Source of the DNA: Callorhinchus milii | Taxonomy: Eukaryota | Assembly (NCBI RefSeq): GCF_018977255.1 | Contig: NW_024704771.1 | Location: 744,001 to 808,000, forward strand | DNA length: 64,000 nucleotides | Reading direction: 5' to 3' | Shown: one piece after another, positions 1-10,369 of the stretch | How positions within the stretch are numbered: the first letter of the stretch is position 1 | Layout: each line of letters opens with the position of its first letter | Notes under the pieces: generated by a model | Databases searched by the model: none | Told to the model about the DNA's origin: nothing | The model's input: only the letters and a program-made list of their open reading frames with translations | Position numbers and translations under genes: made by a program

Positions 1-103
1 TCGATGTTTTACACAAAGGCTTCTCTCCCGGTGACGACGCTGAAGATCATCTTATTTATGATTGTAAATGTATACGACAATAATGGTCTGATTCTCCCTC
101 CAG

Positions 104-615
104 TTACAGTCACTCTGGATCCTGACACAGCCCATCGTCAGCTCATCCTGTCTGAGGACCTGACCAGTGTGAGACACGGAGACGAAGAGCAGCCGCTCCC
201 TGACTCCCCGAAGAGGTTTAGTAACTATCCCATTGTCCTGGGATCTGAGGGCTTCACATCGGGGAGACATTACTGGGAGGTGCAGGTGGGCAACAAGAGA
301 GAGTGGATTGTGGGATTGGCCGCAGAGTCTGTCAACAGGAAACAACCAATCACTTGGTCACCACAGGGTGGGGTCTGGGGGGTGTGGCTGAGGGCTGGGG
401 TCTATGATGCTCTGACGTCACCCCCCACCCGCCTGCCCCTGACAGTGAGACCCGGGAAGGTCGGGGTTTACATGGACTATGAGGGGGGACAGGTGTCATT
501 TTACAACGCTCACAACATGGCTCATCTCCACACTTTCACCCAAACTTTCACTGAGAAACTTTATCCTCTGTTCAGTCCCAGGTTTGGTTCTGAGCCTCTG
601 ACAATCTGTCGGTGA
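104..615 (+). CDS. Terminal B30.2 (PRY-SPRY) exon of an upstream butyrophilin-like paralog; rest of gene is left of the window
   Basis: Acceptor ctccctccag at 94-103, phase 1. Reads [11 protein letters not shown]...[14 protein letters not shown]...[16 protein letters not shown]...LYPLFSP, stop TGA 613-615. Flanks are near-identical to those of the gene A B30.2 exon. Confidence 0.9.
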
Positions 616-739
616 CAGTTAATGAGGAGGAAAAATTGTCCATTATAATGAGGAGCAAAAACCCTCAGCCATTAACTTCATACAATGGCGGTGAAAATAT
701 TCTTGGGTGTGGGGGGGAAGGGTGTGCACTTTAAAATGG

Positions 740-1200
740 GCATCACCCCGACCATCACCCTACACACACCCTCACATATACACCCCACCCTCACATCCCA
801 ACACAAACACACGCTCACATTCCGCCTGCACCCCCCCCCCACCCTACCACACCCTCACATCCTCCTCCACACACACCTTCACACCCCGCCCCCACACACA
901 ACCTACCATCCCCCCACCACACACCCTCACATCCCCCCCCACACACCCTCACATCCCCCCCACACACACCCTCACATCCCCACTTCACACACACACTCAC
1001 ATCCCCACATGCACATCACCCTCAGACTCACCCTCACATTTCCCCCCACACACACATCCCCCTCCACACACACACACATCCCCCCACGCACACCCTCAAA
1101 TCCCCCCACACACACCCTCACATCCCCCCTCACACCCTCGCATCCCCCCACACACCCTAACACCCCTCCCCCCCCCCCCCCCCCCCACACACCCCCTCAC
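740..1200. repeat. C/A-rich degenerate minisatellite in the 3' UTR
   Basis: Repeated cacacaccctcacatccccc-like units; shorter counterpart at ~38890-39090. Confidence 0.85.
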
Positions 1201-1597
1201 ATCTGCGTTGAGAGAATCTGACTTGCCATCCAGTGTGTGACTCACACGCTCTGAGACAGGGATATATATCGCTGATATCTTTCTCTCCAGCAATGCCCAG
1301 TCTCACAGTCGGGGCTGTGCTCAGAATCTCACTGAAATCTCCCAAATCACTTTTATATCTATAAACAGGTGCCGTGTTGTTCCCCAGTGAGCAGCCGCGT
1401 CTCACTGTGTATAAATAAGGTGTGTTTTCAGTGACAGTTTTTATAATCTGTCACATTTCTCTCTCACTCACTGTAACAGTCACCCAAGAAGTGAGATCTT
1501 TAACCCTCACTAAACCGAAGTCGTGTCTGTGTCTGTTCAACTGGATATTAATATCCAAAATATTGTCGTTCACTTACAAAATACTCGATAAATTTAC

Positions 1598-1603
1598 AAT
1601 AAA
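1598..1603 (+). terminator. Probable poly(A) signal of the upstream paralog
   Basis: AATAAA followed by a T/GT-rich tract; conserved at 39562-39567 in the duplicate. Confidence 0.5.
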
Positions 1604-1654
1604 TTTGTTTTGTTATTATTTTATGTCCAATGATTGAACACAATCTGCACACAC

Positions 1655-1785
1655 TCCTCACCCCGATAAACACACCCCTAACCCTCACCCCCTGATACCC
1701 ACCCCTAACCCTCACCCCCTGATACACACACCTTAACCCTCACCCCCTGACACACACCCCTAACCCTCACCCCCTGATACCAAGA
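1655..1785. repeat. Telomere-variant-like tandem repeat
   Basis: ~24-26 bp units acaccccctaaccctcaccccctgat containing CCCTAA/CCCTCA; related arrays at 39610-39810 and 45085-45663. Confidence 0.7.
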
Positions 1786-3400
1786 ACAACAAATTACATT
1801 TTCGCAGCGCATTTCACATTAGGACATCTTAAGGGGCTGTGATGTTAGGAATGCCAACCCGAGCTGGTGGTTGGGATCAGGAGGGGTGGAGGGGGGGGAG
1901 GGTAGACGTAAGAGGGTGATCGAAAGAATGGTCAAAGAGGAGTGTCTTGAGATGGGCCTTGAAGGCGGCAACGGAGGGGGCGATGTGGAGGGACTGAGGG
2001 ATGGGGGCAGAGAGGCTGAAGCCCGCTCGCCAATGGTGGGGTGGACAAGATGGGGGACGTGGAGCAGGCCGGAGATGCTGAGCGGGGGGAGAGGACAGGT
2101 TGGTGGGGTTAAGTGGTCACAGTGGTAGAGAGGAGCAAAGCCATGGTGGGCTTTGAAGTTGAGCACCAGGATGTTGAACTGTATTGTCTGAGTGATGGGA
2201 AGCCAGTGGAGCCGGGCGAGGATGGGGGTGATCGGGTCACGGAGCCTGGTTCGGGAGGCTGACAAGGAGGGAGATTCTGCAGTCGAGCCTTGAGATGCCA
2301 AATGTGTGTATGAGGGTTTTGGTGGCCTGACGGGTGAGGTAGTGGTGGAGTCGAGCAATGTTGCAGAGGTGGGGGAAAGGCAGAGCGGGTCATGGTATGT
2401 ATATGGTGGAGAAAAGACAGTTGAGTGTCGAACAAGACACACCGTGTCCTGACTGGGGCTGGAAGTGAAACTGTTAGGAAGACATTTTGGAGATGGTGTG
2501 AGAGATAAGTCCCGAACAATTCAAGCGGAGAACCTTTAATTTTGAGGGGAGCGGAGAGGTGGTGGAGGAGGATGGAGTGGTCCATGGTATTGAAGGCAGC
2601 GGAGAGGTCGAGGAGGACAAGGAGCCAGAGGGAGCCCTGGTCGCAGATGAACAAAATGTCCTTTGTCACCTTGACCAGAGCAGTTTTTGTGCTGATAACA
2701 GCTCAGAAACCCAATTGGAGGGGATCGTGAAGGAAGTGGTAGGAGAGGAATGAACGAAGCTGGGAAGCAATGACTCTTTCAAGGACCTTGGAAAGAAAAG
2801 GGAGGTTGGAGATGGGCCGGTAGTTACAAAGTAGGAATGGGTCCAGGGAAGATTTGTTCAGAATTGGGATGAATCTAGCTGCTTTTAGGAGGATTGGAAC
2901 GGTGCTAAATGATAGGGAGCGATTGATGATGTCGGAGTGCAGAGGAGTGAGGAGGTGGAACTGGGAGGTAAGAAGAAGTATGGGGAATGGGGTCAAGGGA
3001 GCAGGTGGTGTGTTTCATGCTGGTTATGGTGGTGATGAGAGAGGAGGGGGAGACAGGTTCAAAAAGGTGAAGGGAGGTTATGGGTAGGGGTTAGAGTGTG
3101 GGGGGGAGAAGGGGAGGGAGTGGCGGTTGGGAGGGTGGAGGCAACTGAACAGATCTTCTGGATTTTGGACTTGAGGAAATCCAGCATCTCCTCACAGTCA
3201 GAACTTGAGGAGAGAATGGGTGAGGCGTGGGAGGGTGGATGGAGGAATTGGTGTTTGAGAATAGGAGGCTGGGGTCTTCCTTCTCGTCCAAGATTATCTT
3301 GGAGTAGAAGGACCATTTGGTGGAGGCGAGGGTGGAGCGGTACATTTGTGAGAGATGGGAGGGATGGAGGGTGGGCTTGAGGAGGGGTGTGATAACAGCG
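1786..3400 (-). mobile_element. Degraded L2-clade LINE fragment (RT region and 3' end)
   Basis: Minus-strand peptides [30 protein letters not shown] and LHWLPITQTIQFNIL; frameshifted and internally deleted relative to the copy at 39820-41770. Confidence 0.9.
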
Positions 3401-5207
3401 GGTTTCAGGGGGTGGTTGAAATGGCGTCTCCGTGCCTGAAACTGCTGAACCTTCGCCTCACTGGTCACTCACTACCACACGTTCATCCACCCGTGGCCTC
3501 AGTGGTCACTCACCACCACACGTTCATCCACCCGTGGCCTCAGTCGTCACTCACCACCATTCGTTCATCCCCCCGTGGCCGCAGTGGTCTCTCACATCTG
3601 TTGAACAGATGGGAGATTTGAAATTTCTTGCCCCGCCAGTGCCCGCCCACGGACAACCTCGTCCGGCTTTCATCGGCCAAACCTTCGACCCTCCCCACTC
3701 ACATCTTCCGCTGTTTACCGTGGTTTCCCGAGGCCCTGCCATTCACTGACTCATGAGCACGAGCACCATGTGTTGTGACCTTTGGAAGGACTATCTGTGG
3801 TCCCCCTCAGGACTCAGGACTTTCCCCTCCCAGCTCCCCTTAAACAGATGATGGTAATAGATTGGGGGGGCAGTGCGGGGCTGAGCCCCTCTAACTCTCA
3901 TCACCCGCTGTCTAAGCACAACTACAGGTCAAACAAACTTCACTTGTTTTCTCTTATTAATAATAATCAATCCTTGCTTTTCCCTTTGTGAGTGCTTTTA
4001 ATGACTATATTCATTTTAATACCTTTCATCTGTTTATTTAATTAAACAATGAAACATTAGATATGATTATTAATAATGCATTTGATATAGCGCCTGATAA
4101 CGTCTTTGAGACGTCTCAAAGCTCTTCAGAGAATATACTGTAAAGTTGATTGCATATATACTTTCAGCCGCCAATGGCGTACAGCAGTGTCCCACAAACA
4201 GTTGGGTTTCAAATTATTTCATTATTATTGAAATAATTTTGTTTCAATCCTAAACAGCTCAGTTTGTGTATGAAAAATAAAATATTTTAAGCTCCTTAAA
4301 CAATATTAAATTCTAATTTATAATAATAACGAGCTGTGCCCATTACAGCTTTGTTTGCAACCAAAGGATCCAATATGGAATGGAGATTGCAGTGATAGCA
4401 TTGACAAACCGTTTAACATACCACAAGCACTGTGTGTACACTTTAAGCAAAACTGCCACACATGTGCGACGGGTCATAGCTCATGAATGCCATACATGTG
4501 CGAGGGTCATAGCTCATGAACGAAAGAAGATCGTATCCAAGCTATGCCAACCAAAGCACTTTACTGTGTGATCCAACAGGTCTTCGAGTTGTTGCAAGAC
4601 TTCTGTGTTATTTGCAGTCCCCCCCTGAGGGGGACCACAGATAGTCCTTCCAAAGGTCACAACACATGGTGCTCGTGCTCATGAGTCAGTGAATGGCAGG
4701 GCCTCGGGAAACGGGAAACCACGGTAAACAGCGGAAGATGTGAGTGGGGAGGGTCGAAGGTTTGGCCGATGAAAGCCGGGCGAGGTTGTCCGTGGGCGGG
4801 CACTGGCGGGGCAAGAAATTTCAAATCTCCCATCTGTTCAACAGATGTGAGAGACCACTGAGGCCACAGGTGGATGAACGAATGGTGGTGAGTGACGACT
4901 GAGGCCACGGGTGGATGAACGTGTGGTGGTGAGTGACCACTGAGGCCACGGGTGGATGAACGAGTGGTGGAGAGTGACCACTGAGGCCACGGGTGGATGA
5001 ACGAGTGATGGTGAATGACCAGTGAGGCGAAGGTTCAGCAGTTTCAGGCGCGGAGACGCCATTTCAAAATCCCCATCAAACTCATTGCCGGACGTCACTT
5101 CTGAGCTCAATTTTCAAATCCATCCGTGTAAATCCCCCTGAAATCCGCTGTTATCACACCCCTCCTCAAGCCCACCCTCCATCCCTCCCATCTCTCACAA
5201 ATGTACC
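3340..5207. repeat. Inverted duplication: 3340-3810 (+) and 4620-5207 (-), ~810 bp spacer
   Basis: The reverse complement of 4620-4840 matches 3590-3810 almost exactly; both arms carry the ccacccgtggcctcagtggtcactcacc sub-repeats. Confidence 0.9.
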
Positions 5208-6290
5208 ACAATGTACAGGGTTTGAGATCATACCTTTCTGTGTTGAAGTCCAACTCTGCTGTTCTTTGTTCTTCAGTTTCGTTTAATTCGCCTTCTCTCT
5301 TTTCATAGCATTTTTATTTGTCCTTGAAAGGCTTGATCTTCGCTTCCGCATCTTTTAAGATTAAGAAAATTATTGGGAGGACTCCTGTTGGGAGGAATGA
5401 GTGAGAAGACTCAGTGGGAGGAGTCCTTGTTCAGAGGACTCCTGTGGGAGGACTTGTGTTTGGGAGGACTCCTTGTTGGGAGGACTCCTTTTGCCACTTT
5501 ATTGCAGAATATAGAATGGTGTGTGATTTTGTTGCAGAATACTGTGCATACCCCATATTTTGGTGCTTAAGCTCATCAACAATAGGAGATCCCCGAAAAA
5601 AATATGCCCATGACACTCCACTTTTTCCAATGAGGTATAAATCATGTTAATCGGTTATTGTGTTTTTAGCAGACAAACAAACAGACCTTTTTTCTATATT
5701 AGTTCAGATAATAATCCTTACATTTGATTTAGCACTTCATCACAGCTTTGAGGCGTCTCAAAGTGCTTCACAGGATATAATGTAAAGTGAATTGACTGAA
5801 AAATAAAATATTTTAAACTCCCGCAGTAACACTTTATTACAGACAGAGAAATAGATTCACCTTTTCCTCGTTTCTCCTGATGGATGTTGTGGTGTAATTT
5901 GAGGAATAGAATCATTTGCTGAAAGTTACTGTGGTTTAAAATGACAGTGAAGCCACACACAGCGTTAAATACATAAACCTGCAGTACCGCGTTACTGCCA
6001 ACAGATGGTGGTGTTGCACTGGGAAACTTCACCCCAATGTTCACAGTAAAACAACAATAATAATCATAATAATAATATTTGAGAAGTGCCTTTTCATATC
6101 AGGAGAACATCTCAAAGCGCTTCACAGGATTCACTGTAAACATATGAGCTGAGAAGTTACAGGACATAGTTACACAGTGAACCTCACATCAGTATAATTG
6201 CTGACGTCACACCTGAACCCGAGTAAATTCACCTTTTCCTCGTGTCTCCTGATGGATGTTGTGATGCGATTTGAGGAACAGAGTCATTTG
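4340..6290 (-). pseudogene. Remnant exons of an unidentified antisense gene (copy 1)
   Basis: AG/GT-bounded 58-nt exons at 6233-6290 and 5861-5918 (NDSI/VPQI..QHPSGE/DTRK), an acceptor at 5351, and a coding-like tract at ~4340-4600; contains stops. Confidence 0.4.
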
Positions 6291-6325
6291 CTGAGGCTTA
6301 AAACGACAGTGAGGCCGAGCGTATA

Positions 6326-8046
6326 CAGTGGAAGCCACTTAAGACGGACACGCCAGGGCCGGGCATTTTGTCCGAATTAAGAGGGGCCCTGAAGTTAACT
6401 GGTTTCAATGCATTAAATCTCACCCAGTTTTGTTCATCCAATTACTGCAGCAACAAACTACATTTGTACAGCGGCTTTCACGTCAGGAGGAAATTGAACC
6501 TATTTTATTGAAAACTTCTCTCAAGTCGGACTGCACAAGATCAGTGCGGCGTCTCTCTCTCTCTGCTGCTCGCAACGATGTCATGAAGTGCACTCTAACA
6601 CTTGTCATAGACTCCGCTCTTTAGTACAAAGCTTTCTGCCTCTCGCAGGCCAGTCAGAGCTGTGCCGGCCATCATGGTTGGGGCCTCGTTCTCCTCAGAG
6701 TTGCTGCCACTGTCATTCACGACTAGCGGCCGCTCGGCGACCACAGCTTCAGCCACGATGGCCTCCTGGTCCTGGGGATCACGGTAGAGTAGATCAGCAT
6801 CAATGTCCAGGAACTGGTCAGTGATCTGCCTCTCGCCCTCGGCCTCTGCGCTTGTCCTCCCCTCAGCCTCAGTGCAGGGAGCAGCGTCACCAGTCACAAA
6901 CCCGGCCTTTGTGAAGCAGTCGGACATGATCACAGGCTTCCTGCTCTCCCAGGCAATGGCAACCATGCCGATGGCATCCAGAGGCTGATGTGTCTCACCA
7001 CCTCTCCCCCCGTGTCATGGGGACTGATCACGCTGCCATCGATGGCGTCCAGGAGGCACTTTCATAGCTCCTTGCAGTAGGAGAGCTTCAGGTTTCGGAT
7101 GATCCCTTGACCCATGGGCTGGATCAGAGTGGTGTCCGGGGGGATCATCTCCAGGCAGATGTTCTCGAGGGTTGGAATGGGCAGGTGACGTGGTGCGCTG
7201 TCCACAAAAACAAGTATCTTACGCCCCTGCTCGACCAGCTCTGTGTCCCACTGTGTCAGCCACTCCTTAAAGATCCCTCTCATCATCCACACCATCTTGT
7301 TGGCCTTATAGGTGATGGGTAGAACAGTGAGATCGACCCCCTTCATACAGTGAGGGCACTGGCTCTTCCCGATGACCAGCGGTTTGCGCCGGTCGCTGCC
7401 GGTCATGTTAGCACAGGGCATCAGTGCGATGCTCTCCATTGCCCTCTTCACACGGCTCAGCGCCGTCCGGTGGAAATACAATCAGCCGTCTGTCCCTGGA
7501 CGTTAGTACAGCACTGTTTCCTCTGCGTTGTAGATGTCATCGGCGGCGTAGAATGAGAGCAGCACACTGCTGGTGTCAGCGCCCTCTGGGGCAGTGCTCT
7601 TGAGCTCTCCGGGAAGCAGCCTGTACATGATGTTGTTAAGTGCCTTCCAGCGGCTAAACCAGCCGTCAGTCACCGTGAAGCCCGGCTTCCCGAGGTCACG
7701 CGCCAGGCTCTCTGCTTTGGCTTTGAGGATGGGCCCATTGAGCATTTGCCCCTCAGTGGACGCCCTTTGGAACCACAGGAGAGTGTGCTCCACCTTGCGA
7801 TCTTTGCCTTTGCGATCCCTCTTCTTATGCAGACCAACATCGCCCTCGGCTGAGGAGGCCGCTGTGTGGCGCAGCTTCATCTCACTGGCGATGCTGTCAC
7901 CCAGTGTCGACTTCTTGACCCCAAGTCTTCTTGCCAGTTCTCGTAGCGGAGTCCCTCATGGCTCCATCTTGACTCTGTCTAACACTTCTGTCTTCTCCAA
8001 GAGCGTCCGAGACATTTTCTTCGACATGGCGGCTGTTTATCACGTG
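6326..8046 (-). mobile_element. Decayed pogo/Tigger-type (TIGD-like) DNA transposon with a pseudogenised transposase
   Basis: Kozak GCCGCCATG (ATG at 8027), psq-like HTH, CENP-B HTH (GPILKAKAESLA...DGWFSRWK), DDE_1 region (CANMTGSDRRKPLVIGKS, FVDSAPRH, IQPMGQGII). In-frame stops at 7956, 7503, 7482 and 7062, plus a frameshift near 6985. TA|CAGTGGAAGCCACTTAAG terminus-like sequence at 6324-6345. Confidence 0.88.
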
Positions 8047-8079
8047 CTGTGAAAGGGTGACATGAGTTAATGATAAAAA

Positions 8080-8080
8080 N
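8080..8080. other. Single N (possible assembly join)
   Basis: The only ambiguous base I saw in the window. Confidence 0.9.
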
Positions 8081-9134
8081 TAATAATCTGTGTATTTGCT
8101 ACAGCGCCTGATCACAGTGTTGAGATGTCTCAAAGCACTTCACAGGCAGTGAAGGCGGTGGATAGTGAAAGCTGTGTTAGAGAAAGAGCAACAATTTGGC
8201 GGGTGATGTGAATAGAGGAGCTGGCGGGGGAGGGTTTGGGGGAAAACGACTGTCAAGTATGAGTGATGAGAAGTAATAATAATATTTCTTGCATTTGATA
8301 CAGTGCCTTATCATGTCTTTGAGACGTTTCAAAGGGCTTCACAGTATAAACTGTGAAGTCAATTGACTGTGTGTTTTGTGGGCAGAGTATGACAGCCAAT
8401 TGCATACAACAGTGACCCACAAACACTCTTGGATTGAGTGACCAAATTATTTCTTTTTTAATTCAGTTGGGAAGGATGTGGATGAGGGAAGTGAGAGAAG
8501 GGGGTAGGGGTTACCTTTTGGAGGCAGGGGAGGCAGGCCTTGGGGTGCGCTGATGATGGGGCAGTCGGGGTGGCTGCTCTGGGACAATCATTGACAAGTG
8601 TTGCTGTGCTCCGGGTGGAGGAGGCCCAGGGCTGGAGCAGAGGGAAGTCTGTGGAAGGGCCCCGGATAGAGAGCAGACGAGGAGGGTGACAGGAGACAAG
8701 AACTGAATGTAATAATAATTCTTGCATTTGATATAGCACTTTAACACATCTTTCAGATGTCCAAAGGGCTTCACACAATATTGTGTAAAGTGAATTGACT
8801 GTGTATTTTGTGGGCAAAACGTGGCAACCAATTGCACACAGAGGTGTCCCACAGTCATGGATTCAGTGACCAAATTCTTTTTTGAGGGACTATTCCCCCA
8901 GAATGCGCCTAAACCTGGTTCCTATTGACTGTTTGGTAACCAGAGGTGTGTGCAGTGAGGGAAGTGGCCTCAGGTTTCTCCCCACTCGGGTATCCAACAC
9001 GTGATCGACAAGAGCTCAATCTGATATGTACTGTAGAGACAGAGAGAGAGAATAATAGTAACAATAATCCTTACATTTGGTATAGCGACTTAACACTTAT
9101 TCAACACATCTCAAAGGGCTTCACAGGATACACT

Positions 9135-9310
9135 CTAAAGCGCGGCCGCCATTGTGTGCGGTTATATCCCGCGGTGACGCTGTGTCACCAACGGGTGGCG
9201 CTGCAGCCACTCCGCACTGTCAGTGATACACCGCCACCATCACAGAGATAGGGCGCTTTCACCCGCGCAGTGCATTGTGGCTCCCGGGCACCGCCATTGC
9301 TGCTGTTCAG
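9135..9310. promoter_or_regulatory. Small CpG-rich patch, possible promoter remnant
   Basis: Local CpG enrichment, YY1-like CCGCCATT, candidate minus-strand donor at 9263/9262; a second patch at ~9620-9690. Confidence 0.25.
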
Positions 9311-9324
9311 GTCAATGTCAGAAA

Positions 9325-9520
9325 CACTGTGTGTATCTCTGTGAGTGTATCTCTGTGTTTGTGTGTGTGTCTGTGAGTGTGTGTGTATCTCTGTGGGTAT
9401 ATGTGCATAAGTGTGTGTGAGTGAGGCTGTGAATGTGTGTCTGTGTGAGTGAGTCTGTGTGAGTGAGTCTGTGTGTGTGTGTGTCTCTGTGTGTCTCTGT
9501 GTGTGTGAGTGTATGTGTGT
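9325..9520. repeat. (GT)n-rich microsatellite
   Basis: Visible GT/GA dinucleotide tract. Confidence 0.9.
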
Positions 9521-10369
9521 GTTGGGGGTTGTGACCCTGAGAGAGAGGAGGTGGTGACCCCCTGTAATCCACAGTCAGGACACTGATGAGCTTTGTGAGC
9601 AAAGCTGTTGTTTTGAGGCCTTCACACGGAGCGCGGAGTGGAAACTGCCATTCAGCCCTTCGCGCTGCGCTGTGTCGTTCCCGCAGTTTATATTAAAGAA
9701 AACATTAATAATTGATTGTACAACAATCTAATCTGTGATATTTCTTTATGTTTAATTGCTAATCATTGAAGTGAAAAATTATAGTTAAGCAGTAAAATGT
9801 ACCTCTCAATAACATCAATCAACTCCTCGCACTTTTATCCAAAATGTGTTTAGTTAAAAGCCCACAATTTAGGGCAAATATTTCTACAATGTTCTATTGG
9901 CCCCAACCATCACCGTACTTGAGAGTATCCAAACCAATCTGAGGATCCCACACATCCCCTCTGCACATAGAAACCCCAGAGATAGATTGTTGGAATGCAG
10001 ACTCTCTCCCTGGAGGGACACCTCATTTGGGAAAGTATCAGATAGTGTGTTGAGGTCCCACCCGAAGCGAAGGGGAGAGGTGACTGTAAGCACAATCAAA
10101 AAGGATTGCCTTTAGGTGGGATTTGAAATTGAGTGAGAGGGCAAGGAAGAGGGATTGGGGGGATAGAGTTCCAGAGCTTCAGGGCATTCTGGAGGAAGAA
10201 AGTAGATTTGGGTGTCATCCGCATATATGTGGAAGTCGACCCCATATCTGAGACGGAACGTGTAAGTGATAAAAGAAAGGGGCCAATAATGGAGCCGTGC
10301 AGTACCCCACAGGTGAGGAGAACCCGTTTCCAGAGGGAGATTTTTGGCAGATTCTTTGTCAAGTAGGAC

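Noticed and set aside
4-103. ORF-track N-terminus MFYTKASLP.. on the B30.2 ORFs (also 38129-38228)
   Set aside because: Intronic sequence upstream of a clear splice acceptor; not a single-exon gene.
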